Source of the DNA: Spirochaetia bacterium | GTDB lineage: Bacteria > Spirochaetota > Spirochaetia > SZUA-6 > Bin103 | Length of the DNA stretch: 64,000 nt | Reading direction: 5' to 3' | NCBI GenBank assembly: GCA_965203515.1 | Contig: OZ241907.1 | Span: forward strand, 2,528,001-2,592,000 | Shown here: positions 1 to 9,858 of the stretch, one piece after another | Position numbering within the stretch: position 1 is the first letter of the stretch | Layout: every line of letters begins with the position of its first letter | The notes under the pieces: model-generated | Databases searched by the model: none | Seen by the model: only the letters and a program-made list of their open reading frames with translations | Told to the model about the DNA's origin: nothing | Translations under genes and position numbers: made by a program

Positions 1-118
1 CGCCGGCGCACGGCCAGCCGGACCTCGCCCGTGCCGGAGCCTCTCCGTTCAGATTCCGCAGGTTCCGTAATGGCCCGAGTATCGCCGAATGCCGTCAAGT
101 GTCGTAGCGGTCAAGTGG

Positions 119-1543
119 TCAAATGTCGTAGTAGAGGTGGAACTCCCACGGATGCGGCCGCAGGTCCATCTCCTGGACCTCGTTCTCCAGCTTGTAGTCG
201 ATCCACGTCTCGATCACGTCTTCGGTGAAGACGTCGCCCTTGGTCAGGAACTCGTGATCGTCGGCCAGCTTCCCCAGCGCCTCGCGCAGCGATGCCGGAG
301 TGGTCGGCACCTTGGCCAGCTCCTCCGGCGGCAGGTCGTACAGGTCGCGGTCGAGCGGCTCGCCCGGGTCGGCCTTGGTCAGGATGCCGTCGACGGCCGC
401 CATCAGCAGAGCCGCGAACGCCATGTACGGGTTGCAGGACGGATCGGGACAGCGGAACTCGGCGCGCTTCGCCTTCGGCGAGGTGAAGTACATCGGGATG
501 CGCACCGCGGCGCTCCGGTTGCGGCGCGAGTAGGCCAGGTTGACCGGCGCCTCGTAGCCGGGGACCAGCCGCTTGTAGCTGTTGGTCGACGGGTTGGTGA
601 ACGCCAGCAGCGCCGGCGCGTGCTGAAGGATGCCGCCGATGGCGTGCAGCGCCATCTCCGACAGTCCGGCATAGCCGTCGCCGGCAAACAGGTTCTCGTC
701 GCCGTTCCAGATCGACAGGTGCGTGTGCATGCCGGTGCCGTTGTCGTTGAACAGCGGCTTTGGCATGAAGGTCGCCGTCTTGTTGTAGCGCCGCGCGGTG
801 TTCTTGACCACGTACTTGTACTTCATCATCCGGTCGGCCATCGTCACCATCGGGGCGAAGCGCATGTCGATCTCGCCCTGTCCGCCGGTCGCCACCTCAT
901 GGTGCTGGGCTTCGACCGGAACGCCGATCTCCTCCATGATCAGCATCATCTCGCTGCGCAGGTCGTGGAGCGAGTCGGTGGGCGGCACCGGGAAGTAGCC
1001 TTCCTTGAGGCGCGGCTTGTAGCCCAGGTTCGGCTGCTCGTCGCTGCCGGAGTTCCAGATCCCCTCTTCCGAGTCGATGTAGAAGTACCCGGAGTGCTCG
1101 TTCTGGGCGAACCGGATGTCGTCGAAGATGAAGAACTCCGCCTCCGGCCCGAAGAACGCCGTATCGCCGAGGCCGGTCGACTGCAGGTACGATTCCGCCT
1201 TGCGGGCGATGTGGCGCGGGTCGCGCGTGTAGTCCTCGCCCGTGATCGGATCGCGGATGTCGCAGATGACCACCAGCGTCTTCCGCGCCATGAACGGATC
1301 GATGAAGCCGGTCGTGGCGTCCGGCACGATCAACATGTCCGACTCGTTGATCGATTGCCAGCCGCGGATGCTGGAGCCGTCGAAGCCCAGCCCGCTTTCG
1401 AAGTCATCGACGTCCAGCGAGCGCGCCGGAATCGAGAAGTGCTGCCAGATGCCGGGAAAGTCGATGAAGCGCAGGTCGACGACCTCCACCTTCTCTTCTT
1501 GAATGAGCGCCAGTGCGTCTGACGCGGTCTTGAGTTCCTTCAT
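119..1543 (-). CDS. glnA: Glutamine synthetase type I
   Basis: [50 protein letters not shown] and [12 protein letters not shown] motifs; GAGGAGG RBS upstream. Confidence 0.98.
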   Translation of the reverse strand: MKELKTASDALALIQEEKVEVVDLRFIDFPGIWQHFSIPARSLDVDDFESGLGFDGSSIRGWQSINESDMLIVPDATTGFIDPFMARKTLVVICDIRDPITGEDYTRDPRHIARKAESYLQSTGLGDTAFFGPEAEFFIFDDIRFAQNEHSGYFYIDSEEGIWNSGSDEQPNLGYKPRLKEGYFPVPPTDSLHDLRSEMMLIMEEIGVPVEAQHHEVATGGQGEIDMRFAPMVTMADRMMKYKYVVKNTARRYNKTATFMPKPLFNDNGTGMHTHLSIWNGDENLFAGDGYAGLSEMALHAIGGILQHAPALLAFTNPSTNSYKRLVPGYEAPVNLAYSRRNRSAAVRIPMYFTSPKAKRAEFRCPDPSCNPYMAFAALLMAAVDGILTKADPGEPLDRDLYDLPPEELAKVPTTPASLREALGKLADDHEFLTKGDVFTEDVIETWIDYKLENEVQEMDLRPHPWEFHLYYDI

Positions 1544-1569
1544 GAACCCTCCTCTTCGCCGTCCATGGT

Positions 1570-1586
1570 GGCAAGAATCGTACCGA
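1570..1586 (-). promoter_or_regulatory. Putative sigma-54 (-24/-12) promoter of glnA
   Basis: Minus strand TCGGTACGATTCTTGCC = GG-N10-GC with TTGC, close to the TGGCACG-N4-TTGC consensus, just upstream of the glnA RBS. Confidence 0.65.
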
Positions 1587-1615
1587 TAGGCAAGCGAGCC
1601 GCCGGCGCCAGGCAG

Positions 1616-1660
1616 CCTACGATTCGGTAGGCGCTTCCCGCCGTGCCTACGAAAACGTAG
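1616..1660. promoter_or_regulatory. Tandem palindromic operator-like sites CTAC-N6-GTAG
   Basis: CCTACGATTCGGTAGG (1616-1631) and CCTACGAAAACGTAG (1646-1660), exactly 30 bp apart in the glnA/ndk divergent gap. Confidence 0.5.
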
Positions 1661-1703
1661 CTATCTCTGCGATACCCGGTTCCATGCTACGCTTCCGCGA
1701 TCC

Positions 1704-2141
1704 ATGAACCAGAATGAAGCCGCGACTCCCCGCCGCACCCTGGCCATCGTCAAGCCGGACGCCGTGGCCGCCGGCCATACCGGCGCCATCGTCGGGATGA
1801 TCGAGCAGGACGGGTTCACCATCCGCGCCCTGCGCATGATCCGGCTGTCGATCCCGCAGGCGCGCGCCTTCTACGCCGTGCACGCCGAACGCCCCTTCTA
1901 CGACAGCCTGGTCGACTTCATGACCTCCGGACCGATCGTAGCGGCGGCGCTGGAACGGGCCGACGCGGTCGCCGCCTGGCGCCGGCTGATGGGCGCCACC
2001 GATCCGGCGCAGGCCGAGCCGGGCACGGTCCGCGCCCGCTTCGGCAGCTCGATCGAGCGCAACTCCACGCACGGGTCGGACTCGCCGGAGAACGCCGCCG
2101 CCGAGGTGCGCTTCTTCTTCGCCGAGGCCGATCTGCTCTGA
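1704..2141 (+). CDS. ndk: Nucleoside diphosphate kinase
   Basis: RTLAIVKPDAV, FMTSGP, GATDP and NSTHGSDS catalytic His motif. Confidence 0.98.
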   Translation: MNQNEAATPRRTLAIVKPDAVAAGHTGAIVGMIEQDGFTIRALRMIRLSIPQARAFYAVHAERPFYDSLVDFMTSGPIVAAALERADAVAAWRRLMGATDPAQAEPGTVRARFGSSIERNSTHGSDSPENAAAEVRFFFAEADLL

Positions 2142-2155
2142 CGGGTCCCGATCCG

Positions 2156-2815
2156 ATGGCGCGACCCGGCGGGCCAGCCGGCGGGCGGGCCGCCGGACCG
2201 GCCGCGCGCCGGCTGGCGCGTGAACGGGGCGTCGATCTGCGCCGCGCGCGCGGCAGCGGCCGCGGCGGCCGCATCACCGTCGAGGACGTGCGGCGGGCTG
2301 CACGGCCGCCGGCAGACGCCCCGCCGGCAGACACCCTGCCGGCAGACTCCGCGCCGGTGACGGCGCGAGCCGATCTGAGCGCGCTGCTGGATCGACTTCC
2401 GGCGCTTGCCGCGGTCAGCGGTCAGGATGACCCGCCGCTGGCGCCGCTGCTGATCAAGGCGGCGGCCGCCGCGCTGCGCGCCTGTCCGGAGCTCTCGCCG
2501 CTCTCTATCGCCCGGGGCGCCGAACGGTGGGCGCTTGCGGACGGGTCGGCGGTCGCCGGCCTGGGCATCGCTGCCCTGACGCGGGCGGCGGCCGCGGCGC
2601 GGATCACGGCGCCGGCCGGCCGCGGCGCGGCCGCCGCCAAGACGGCGCTGCGGATGGATGGTCCGGTGACCGAAGCCGCCTATCGGAACGGCGCCATCCA
2701 CGCCGGTGCCCATCTGCGCCTCACGCTGCAAGGACCGGAAGACGCGGCCTGCGCACCGTTCCTGCGCACCCTGGTCCAGCTCCTGGAGACCCCCGTTCTG
2801 CTGCTGTCGGCGTGA
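2156..2815 (+). CDS. E3-binding-domain protein with degenerate 2-oxoacid dehydrogenase E2-like C-terminus
   Basis: AGPAARRLARERGVDL..GSGRGGRITVEDV peripheral subunit-binding motif; C-terminal FLRTLVQLLETPVLLL like E2 ends; no lipoyl domain, no DHRxxDG. Confidence 0.65.
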   Translation: MARPGGPAGGRAAGPAARRLARERGVDLRRARGSGRGGRITVEDVRRAARPPADAPPADTLPADSAPVTARADLSALLDRLPALAAVSGQDDPPLAPLLIKAAAAALRACPELSPLSIARGAERWALADGSAVAGLGIAALTRAAAAARITAPAGRGAAAAKTALRMDGPVTEAAYRNGAIHAGAHLRLTLQGPEDAACAPFLRTLVQLLETPVLLLSA

Positions 2816-2905
2816 CGGTCGCCCGCGCTCCTGACCTCCGGCCCGGAATCGGTCTACGATCGCCTTTCACCACTTCCCGAACCATTCCCGAATCGGAGCT
2901 GACCC

Positions 2906-3955
2906 ATGATCGACCTGACCCGTTCCACGGAACCGGTGCCGGACATCCAGCGGGCCGAGCGCGATCCCGGCACGGTGTGGCGCAAGCTGCCCGATCCGGC
3001 CATCGACGCGCCGCCCGACGGCGACCTGCGCCCGGAACCGGACGCGCGCTGGCCGCGCGCGGCGGCGCGCTCCGGCCTGTGCGGTTCGGTCAGCCCGCGC
3101 GTCGTGCGGCTGGCGGACGGGACCTACCGGCTCTACTACACCCAGATCCTGCCGCGTCCCGGCCACCCCGCCGGCGCCAACGACTACGGCAACGCGACCA
3201 CCCGCATCCTCAGCGCGCGCTCGACCGACGGGCTGACCTGGAACCCGGAGCCGGGGGTGCGCCTGTCGCCCGCCGACGGCGGCGCCGGGGACTTCCGGGT
3301 CGTCTCCAGCGAGGTCGGACCGGCGGCGGACGGCAGCGGTCGGCTGCGCATGTACTACGAGTGCTGCCCCGGAACGCAGGACGAGCAGAACTCGATCCGC
3401 AGCGCGATCAGCGGCGACGGATTGACCTGGGAGCCGGAACCCGGCGACCGCCTGCGGATAGCGGGCAGCAACATCATGGCGCCGCGCATCGTCTTTCTGG
3501 GCGGCGGGCGCCTGCGCATGTACCTGACGCAACGCGGCGTCGGGATCATCAGCGCGGTCTCACCGGACGGGATGACCTTCGAGCCGGAGCCGGGTCCGCG
3601 CCTGCCCGGCGATGCAAGCACCTTCGCGCCGGACCTGGTGCTGCTCCCGGACGGCCGCTACCGCATGTATCTGGTCGCCGACGCAAGCGCGCGTCCGCCG
3701 CTGCGCGGCGGCGGCCAGCATCTGGTGACCGCCACGTCCGCCGACGGTCTGCGCTGGGACCGGGAAGCCGCGCCGGTGCTCTCGCCCGGCGGCGCCTGGG
3801 ACCGCGCCAAGGCATCGGAGCCGTGCGTGCTCCCGTTGCCGGCCGCGGCCGGCGCGGCGCCCGGCTACGGCATGGCGTACGAGGCGTGCGACGGCACCAC
3901 CGCCGACGCGCGCGGCGTGTGGCGAATCGCGACCGGCGTCACCGTCGAGGGCTGA
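2906..3955 (+). CDS. Beta-propeller glycoside hydrolase-like protein (GH32/43-like fold, Asp-box repeats)
   Basis: Repeated blades YRLYY/LRMYY/YRMYL with S-x-DGLTW Asp-box repeats. Confidence 0.6.
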   Translation: MIDLTRSTEPVPDIQRAERDPGTVWRKLPDPAIDAPPDGDLRPEPDARWPRAAARSGLCGSVSPRVVRLADGTYRLYYTQILPRPGHPAGANDYGNATTRILSARSTDGLTWNPEPGVRLSPADGGAGDFRVVSSEVGPAADGSGRLRMYYECCPGTQDEQNSIRSAISGDGLTWEPEPGDRLRIAGSNIMAPRIVFLGGGRLRMYLTQRGVGIISAVSPDGMTFEPEPGPRLPGDASTFAPDLVLLPDGRYRMYLVADASARPPLRGGGQHLVTATSADGLRWDREAAPVLSPGGAWDRAKASEPCVLPLPAAAGAAPGYGMAYEACDGTTADARGVWRIATGVTVEG

Positions 3956-4022
3956 TCCGACCCCACCGCGATCAGACGCGCGTGCCGCGGGCCGCGCGGC
4001 GCACCGGTGCGTCGACGGTTCT

Positions 4023-4823
4023 TCAAGAGCCGGTGCTCTGGTAGCGCCTGATGCCGGTGTTCCACAGCGCCACGCCGAGCACCAGCGTCACCACCGCCAC
4101 CGCCGGGCCGCCGTAGCGCAGCGCGGGCGCGAACGTCCCGTCGCCGCTCCGTTCCAGGAACAGATGCGCCGGGTAGAAGTTGACGAACGCGAACGGCACC
4201 ACGGTCAGCAGGAGCTGGACCGCCTTGGGGTAGATCGTGATCGGATAGCGAATGAAGTCCGCGAACGTGAAGAATATCCGCTGCCCCATCGAGCCGGCGC
4301 GGATGAACCGGAAGCTGAGCGTGCCGATCATGATGATGAGGCCGCTCAGGATCATCACGCCGCACACCAGCGTGACGATCAGCCAGACCACGTCCGCCGC
4401 TCCGAGGGAGATGCCCAGCTCGCGCAGGCTGACGACCAGGACGATCAGGCCGATGATGATGTTGCTGAACCAGATATGGTTGAACTTCATCAGGATCACG
4501 TGCATCAGCGTGGGGATCGGTTTGGTCAGGACGTTGTCGAACTTGCCGTCGCGGACCAGGTGCTCGACGGTCAGCAGCGGCGAGCGGATGAACACCCCGC
4601 ACGCGCCCCAACTGATCTGGTACAACGCGACCAGCATCATCACCTCGAACCAGGTCCAGCCGTTGATCACCTGGAACCGGCTCATGATGATCCAGACCGC
4701 CGCATAGCCGGCGACGTTGTGGATGGCGAGCGTCAGGAAGTCGAGCCAGAAGTTGAGGCGGTACTCCATCATTCCCTTGAGGATGACCGCCACGAAGGTC
4801 CCGTAGAGTCGGAGCAGCCGCAC
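4023..4823 (-). CDS. ABC-2 family transporter permease (DUF990 type)
   Basis: About 6 hydrophobic segments; MEYRLNF, GKFDNVLTKP, YPITIYP and C-terminal YQSTGS. Confidence 0.9.
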   Translation of the reverse strand: MRLLRLYGTFVAVILKGMMEYRLNFWLDFLTLAIHNVAGYAAVWIIMSRFQVINGWTWFEVMMLVALYQISWGACGVFIRSPLLTVEHLVRDGKFDNVLTKPIPTLMHVILMKFNHIWFSNIIIGLIVLVVSLRELGISLGAADVVWLIVTLVCGVMILSGLIIMIGTLSFRFIRAGSMGQRIFFTFADFIRYPITIYPKAVQLLLTVVPFAFVNFYPAHLFLERSGDGTFAPALRYGGPAVAVVTLVLGVALWNTGIRRYQSTGS

Positions 4824-4827
4824 GATC

Positions 4828-5640
4828 TCACCCGCCCTGCACGACGACCTTGCGTATGCCGGCCAACCACAGGACGCGCTGCGCGACCAGCAGACCGGCT
4901 ATCCACAACCACTGATGCGCCAGCAGAGCGGCCGCATGCGCCGGCTCGATCTTGCCCAGCCAGACCGCCGACGGGGCGAAATAGAGCAGCCGGAACGGCA
5001 GATACGCGGAGACCGCCGCCAGCCAGTCCGGAAAGAACCACAACGGGATGAAGGAGCCCGAGAACAGCCCGACCATCACGTAGAGCAGGGAGCCGAGCTG
5101 CCAGACCGACGTGTGCCAGAAACCGACCAGCCCGAGCAGGTACGACATGAGAAAGAGCAGCAGCGCGGCGCCGGGCACCAGCGCCAGACTCAGCAGGCCG
5201 GCCGTTGCGGTCGGCGGCCCCTGCACGCCCACGATGGCGATGACCACGACCACCAGAGGCACCATCTGCACGACGGCCCGGTAGAGCGACTCTCCCCACA
5301 CGGCGGCCAGGTGGGAGAGCAGATGGCTGATCGGCCGGATGAAGTCGATGGCGATCTCGCCGCTCTTGATGCGCTGATCGATCCGCTCGATCACGTACGC
5401 GTCGACCAGGTACGAGAGCGCCGTGGCCAACACCACGTAGGTCGTCATCTCCCGCAGCGACACCGCGCCGAAGCCGGTCCGCACGGCGTCCCGCCCCGCG
5501 TACAGCGCCCGCCAGATCGCGAGCTGGACGAGGATGAAGACGACGTTGCTGGCGGTGCCCAGCAACGTGTTGAACCGGTAGGCGGCGTGCGAGGTCGCTT
5601 CGATGGCCAGCAGCTGCAGGTAGACGCGCAGGCGGGACAT
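4828..5640 (-). CDS. ABC-2 family transporter permease
   Basis: AYRFN, IKSGEIAIDFIRP, SGSFIPLWFFP and C-terminal VVQGG. Confidence 0.9.
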   Translation of the reverse strand: MSRLRVYLQLLAIEATSHAAYRFNTLLGTASNVVFILVQLAIWRALYAGRDAVRTGFGAVSLREMTTYVVLATALSYLVDAYVIERIDQRIKSGEIAIDFIRPISHLLSHLAAVWGESLYRAVVQMVPLVVVVIAIVGVQGPPTATAGLLSLALVPGAALLLFLMSYLLGLVGFWHTSVWQLGSLLYVMVGLFSGSFIPLWFFPDWLAAVSAYLPFRLLYFAPSAVWLGKIEPAHAAALLAHQWLWIAGLLVAQRVLWLAGIRKVVVQGG

Positions 5641-5653
5641 GCGGCGCGGCGGC

Positions 5654-6661
5654 CTACAGACTTGCGTAGAGGTTGCGGATCACGTGCTCGATTTCCGGCT
5701 CCTCGGTGGAGAAGTCGCGCACCTCGTTGCCCCGCAACAGCTCGCCGACGAGCGCCGCCGCCGTCGCGCGCGCCGGGTCGAAGGTGATCGTGACCGTGCC
5801 GTCGCGCACCGCCACGCTCTTCGCTCCGGCTGCTTCCAGCCGCGACCGGTTCCATATCTTGCCCCGCACGTCGGCGGTGATCACGCTGTCGGCGGCATAG
5901 CGGCGCTTCAGCGCGTCGAGATCGCCATCGTACATGATCCGCCCCTTGTCGATGACGATCACCCGGTCGCACAACTTCTCGATATCGCCCATGTCGTGGG
6001 TGGTGAGGATGACCGTCTTGCCGTGCGTTCGATTGATCTCGCGGATGAACTGCCGTATCTGCTCCTTCGCCACGACGTCCAGCCCGATGGTCGGCTCGTC
6101 CAGGAAGAGGAAGTCGGGGTCGTGCAGCATCGCGCAGCAGAAGTCGGCGCGCATACGTTGCCCCAGGCTGAGCTGCCGGACCGCAACGTCGGCGAACTCG
6201 CCGATCGCCAACATGTCGTGGAAGCGGGCCAGCGTCCGCTCGAAGTCGGCCAGCGGGATGTCGTACACGTGGCGCATCACCTTGAAGGTGTCCGAGACCG
6301 GGATGTCCCACCAGAGCTGGGTGCGCTGGCCGAACACGACGCCGATGTTGCGGGCGTTGGCCACGCGCTGGCGGTGCGGGACGATGCCGCCCACGGAGAC
6401 GTCGCCGCCGGTCGGCACCAGGATGCCCACCAGCATCTTGACGGTCGTCGACTTGCCGGCGCCGTTGGGGCCGATGTAGCCGACCACCTCGCCCGGTTCG
6501 ATCTCGAAGGAGACGCGATCGACCGCGGTGAGCACGTCGTACTCCGGCGCGAACAGTGCGCGCACCGCGCCGCCAATGCCCGGCCGGCGGCGCTGGCGCT
6601 TGAACTCGCGGGTGAGGCTGCGGGCTCGTATCCCTTCCCCGGGCGAACCCTTCCCCTTCAA
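5654..6661 (-). CDS. ABC transporter ATP-binding protein (start uncertain; TTG at 6661 assumed)
   Basis: GPNGAGKST, LSLGQRMR, FLDEPTIGLD and LTTHDM; the ORF-track extension to 7150 overlaps the opposite-strand gene. Confidence 0.92.
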   Translation of the reverse strand: MKGKGSPGEGIRARSLTREFKRQRRRPGIGGAVRALFAPEYDVLTAVDRVSFEIEPGEVVGYIGPNGAGKSTTVKMLVGILVPTGGDVSVGGIVPHRQRVANARNIGVVFGQRTQLWWDIPVSDTFKVMRHVYDIPLADFERTLARFHDMLAIGEFADVAVRQLSLGQRMRADFCCAMLHDPDFLFLDEPTIGLDVVAKEQIRQFIREINRTHGKTVILTTHDMGDIEKLCDRVIVIDKGRIMYDGDLDALKRRYAADSVITADVRGKIWNRSRLEAAGAKSVAVRDGTVTITFDPARATAAALVGELLRGNEVRDFSTEEPEIEHVIRNLYASL

Positions 6662-6742
6662 GTCGACCAGTGTAACACCTGCATCGGCCAGGATGCGGCC
6701 CGGCGGCTGCGCCCGGCGCGGCGAACCGGTAGACTGGCCGCC

Positions 6743-7804
6743 ATGCTCGACAAACCCTTCCTGACCACCGTGGTCGGCTCCATGCCGCGCCCGAAGTTCT
6801 TTCGCGATCGGGTCGACCGCCACCTCGTCGAGGGCGCCGGCGAGGGTGACCTGCTCGACCTGATGGACCGTTCGATTCCCTACGTCGCCGCGCTGCAGGA
6901 GGCTGCCGGCGTCGACGTCATCTCCGACGGCGAGTGGCGGCGCAAGTCCTACGTCGGCGTCATCGCCGAGATGCTCACCGGCGTGGAGCAGTTCAAGGTG
7001 CCGCTCGACTCGTTCCGCCACGACGCGCGCGTCGGCTACGCGGTCATCGGCCCGGTCGCCCCGACGCGCGAAGGGCTGTTCGCGGAGGAGGCGGTCAAAC
7101 TGCGCCGCCACACCGGCAAGGCGGTGCGGGTGGCGCTGCCGACGCCCCACCTGACCGCCAGCTTCCTGTGGGACCCGGTCAAGTCACCGCCGCACTGCTC
7201 CGAGCGCGAGTTCATCGAGACCATGGTGCCGATCATCCGGCGTGAGGTGGAGCTGCTGCGCGACGCCGGCGTCCGCTACGTGCAGTTCGACGACACCCGC
7301 ATCGGCGGCGTCCATGCGGAGGAGCCGGAGTCGGCCGCCTACCGCGACGCGCTGTTCGACTCGGTGGACACCCTCAACCGGGTGGTGGACGGTATCGACG
7401 GCATCTACACCTCCCTGCACCTGTGCGGCAAGCGCCGCATCGGTCCGGACCAGGTGCCGCGCTACGACACGATGCTGCCGGGCTTCGAGCGCCTGCGCAT
7501 CGACATGCCGATGTTCGAGATGCTGCAGTTCGACGACTACGACCGCGAGCTGCTGCGCGGGCTGCCCGAGCGCATGGACGTCGGCTGCGGCTGCGTGGCG
7601 TCGAAGACGTTCGAGATCGACACCCCGGAACAGATCGCCGCCCGCGCGCGGGAGGCGGCCAGGATCGTCGGCCCGGAGCGCACGGCGCTCCACCCCGACT
7701 GCGGATTCTCGCCCGGCACCTACTTCGACATCCCGCTCGACGAGATCTACCGGAAGCTCGCCAACATGACGCGCGCGGCGGAGATGCTGCGAGCCGAAGC
7801 GTAG
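6743..7804 (+). CDS. Cobalamin-independent methionine synthase II family protein
   Basis: TTVVGSMPRP, DVISDGEWRR, VQFDD; Zn ligands HLC and PDCGF. Confidence 0.88.
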   Translation: MLDKPFLTTVVGSMPRPKFFRDRVDRHLVEGAGEGDLLDLMDRSIPYVAALQEAAGVDVISDGEWRRKSYVGVIAEMLTGVEQFKVPLDSFRHDARVGYAVIGPVAPTREGLFAEEAVKLRRHTGKAVRVALPTPHLTASFLWDPVKSPPHCSEREFIETMVPIIRREVELLRDAGVRYVQFDDTRIGGVHAEEPESAAYRDALFDSVDTLNRVVDGIDGIYTSLHLCGKRRIGPDQVPRYDTMLPGFERLRIDMPMFEMLQFDDYDRELLRGLPERMDVGCGCVASKTFEIDTPEQIAARAREAARIVGPERTALHPDCGFSPGTYFDIPLDEIYRKLANMTRAAEMLRAEA

Positions 7805-7841
7805 CGCGCCGGCCTGCCGACCACGCCCCGAGAGCCGACCG

Positions 7842-8570
7842 ATGCCACGCCGCGGCCGCACCATATTCGTGGGCGACGTGCACGGCTGCCGCGCCGAGCT
7901 CGACGCCCTGCTGGCCAAGGTCGGCTACGCGCCGGGCCGGGACCGGCTGCTGTTGACCGGCGACGCCTTCACGCGCGGCCCCGACCCGGCCGGCGTCTGG
8001 CACCGCATCCGCGGGAGCGGCGCCGAGATGGTGATGGGCAACCATGACGACGAGCTGCTCCGCCAGCTCCGCGCCGTCGCCGCCGGCCGCGATCCCCAGC
8101 CGGCCCACGGCGACCGCAACCAGACCCTGCGCGCGCTGGCCGCGCACGGCGAGGAGTTGATCGACTGGCTGGCGGCGCTGCCGCTGTACGTCGAGGAGCC
8201 GGGGTTCCTGCTGGTGCACGCCGGCATCGACCCGGAGCGGGGACTCGCCGGCACCTCGCGCGAGCAGTTCCTGACCATCCGCACGTGGCCTCCGAACGGC
8301 GGCATCACCGGTCCGCGCTGGCACGAGCACCTCGACGAGCGGCACCTCGTGCCGGGCAGGCCGCTCGTATTCGGACACGACGCGCCGCAGGGCCTGGTCA
8401 AGCGCGTCGCGGAGGATTCCGGTGACGCCCGGCCCAGCCTGATCGGGCTCGACTCGGGCTGCGTGTTCGGCAACGAGCTGAGCGCCTACCTGCTGGAAGA
8501 GGACCGCATCGTCCAGGTCGCCGCCCGACGACGCTGGATCGATCTGTGGCGGAAGCGCAACGCGCCCTGA
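7842..8570 (+). CDS. Metallophosphoesterase (ApaH/PrpE-like)
   Basis: GDVHGC, GDAFTRGP, GNHD, VHAG, FGH and LDSGCVFG motifs. Confidence 0.9.
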   Translation: MPRRGRTIFVGDVHGCRAELDALLAKVGYAPGRDRLLLTGDAFTRGPDPAGVWHRIRGSGAEMVMGNHDDELLRQLRAVAAGRDPQPAHGDRNQTLRALAAHGEELIDWLAALPLYVEEPGFLLVHAGIDPERGLAGTSREQFLTIRTWPPNGGITGPRWHEHLDERHLVPGRPLVFGHDAPQGLVKRVAEDSGDARPSLIGLDSGCVFGNELSAYLLEEDRIVQVAARRRWIDLWRKRNAP

Positions 8571-8586
8571 CGCCTATAATGCGCGC

Positions 8587-9822
8587 GTGATGAGACCTGT
8601 CGAAATCAAGTACCAGCCCGAACGGAGCGTCACCTTCCTGGGAAGCCCCAGCATCGCGCGCCTGCCCGACGGCGCCCTGCTGGTCACCCACGACTACTTC
8701 GGCGCCGGCTGCCCGCGCAACCACGAGGACGAGGAGAGCCTGACCAGCGTCTACCGGTCCGAGGACGACGGCGCCACCTGGCGCAACGTCACCCACCTGA
8801 TGAACGCCTACTGGAGCAGCCTGTTCGTGCACGGCGGCGCGGTCTACCTGCTGGGCGTATCGCAGCAGTACGGCTCGATCGTCATCCGCCGCAGCGACGA
8901 CGGCGGCTTCCGCTGGACCCACCCCAAGGACGCCGGCAGCGGGCTGCTCTTTCCCGGCGGCCCGTTCCACGAAGCGCCCAACTACCACTGCGCGCCGGTG
9001 GCGGTGGCGGAGCACGAGGGCCGCATCTACAAGGCGTTCGAAGACTGCGACCCGTGCGTGTGGGGTACCGGCTTCCGCTCCTGCGTCATCTCGGCGCCGG
9101 TCGGCGCCGACCTGTTGCGCGCCGACCGTTGGCGCATGAGCAACAAGCTGCCGTTCACGCCGGCGTGGACGCCGGCGTCCTGGGGGCCGGTGACGCAACC
9201 CGGCTGGCGCGAAGGCAACGTGGCGGCCGCGCCCGACGGGCAGCTATGGAACGTGCTCACCTTCGAGGCGCGCCCGCTGGCGCAGGACACCGCGGCGATG
9301 GTGCGGATCGACGACGCCGGCGAGCGCGTGAGCTTCGACCCCGGCGCCAACCCCGACCCCGCCTCCCCCGGCGGCGCTGGCGGCTTCATCCGCTTTCCCG
9401 GCGCCAAGGCCAAGTTCACCCTGCGCCGCGATCCGGTGACCGGCGTCTATCTCACCCTGGCCAACGCGGTGACCGACCCCGACCGGCTGATCGCCCACTG
9501 GCAGGTGACGCAGCCGCCGGGCGAGGGGCTGAACAAGCACCCGCGGCAGCGCAATGAGGCGTGGCTGTGCGCCTCCGACGACCTGGTGCGGTGGCGGACG
9601 GTGAAGCGCCTGCTGTGCGACGACAGCGGCCTGCGGCCGGAAGACTCGCGGCGCCTCACCGGCTTCCAGTACGTCGACTGGCAGATCGACGGCGACGACC
9701 TGATCTACGTCGTGCGCACCGCCTTCCGCGGCGCCCGCAACTTCCACGACTCCAACCGCATCCTGTTCTGCCGGGAGCCCGCGTTCCGTGCCCTGCTCGC
9801 CGGCGGCCGCGCGGCCGGTTGA
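8587..9822 (+). CDS. Sialidase-like (BNR/Asp-box) protein
   Basis: GSPSIARL, RSEDDGATW, RSDDGGFRW and GFQYVDW..NFHDSN; lies upstream of a sugar ABC importer. Confidence 0.75.
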   Translation: MMRPVEIKYQPERSVTFLGSPSIARLPDGALLVTHDYFGAGCPRNHEDEESLTSVYRSEDDGATWRNVTHLMNAYWSSLFVHGGAVYLLGVSQQYGSIVIRRSDDGGFRWTHPKDAGSGLLFPGGPFHEAPNYHCAPVAVAEHEGRIYKAFEDCDPCVWGTGFRSCVISAPVGADLLRADRWRMSNKLPFTPAWTPASWGPVTQPGWREGNVAAAPDGQLWNVLTFEARPLAQDTAAMVRIDDAGERVSFDPGANPDPASPGGAGGFIRFPGAKAKFTLRRDPVTGVYLTLANAVTDPDRLIAHWQVTQPPGEGLNKHPRQRNEAWLCASDDLVRWRTVKRLLCDDSGLRPEDSRRLTGFQYVDWQIDGDDLIYVVRTAFRGARNFHDSNRILFCREPAFRALLAGGRAAG

Positions 9823-9858
9823 CGGCTCGCGCTCAGGCGGCCGATCATCCGGCTTGCC

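Noticed and set aside
5639..6742. N-terminal extension of the MetE-like ORF (similar extensions on 10963-13470, 17903-20170, 30182-31402, 35987-37192)
   Set aside because: Extensions overlap neighbouring real genes; family similarity begins at the downstream starts used
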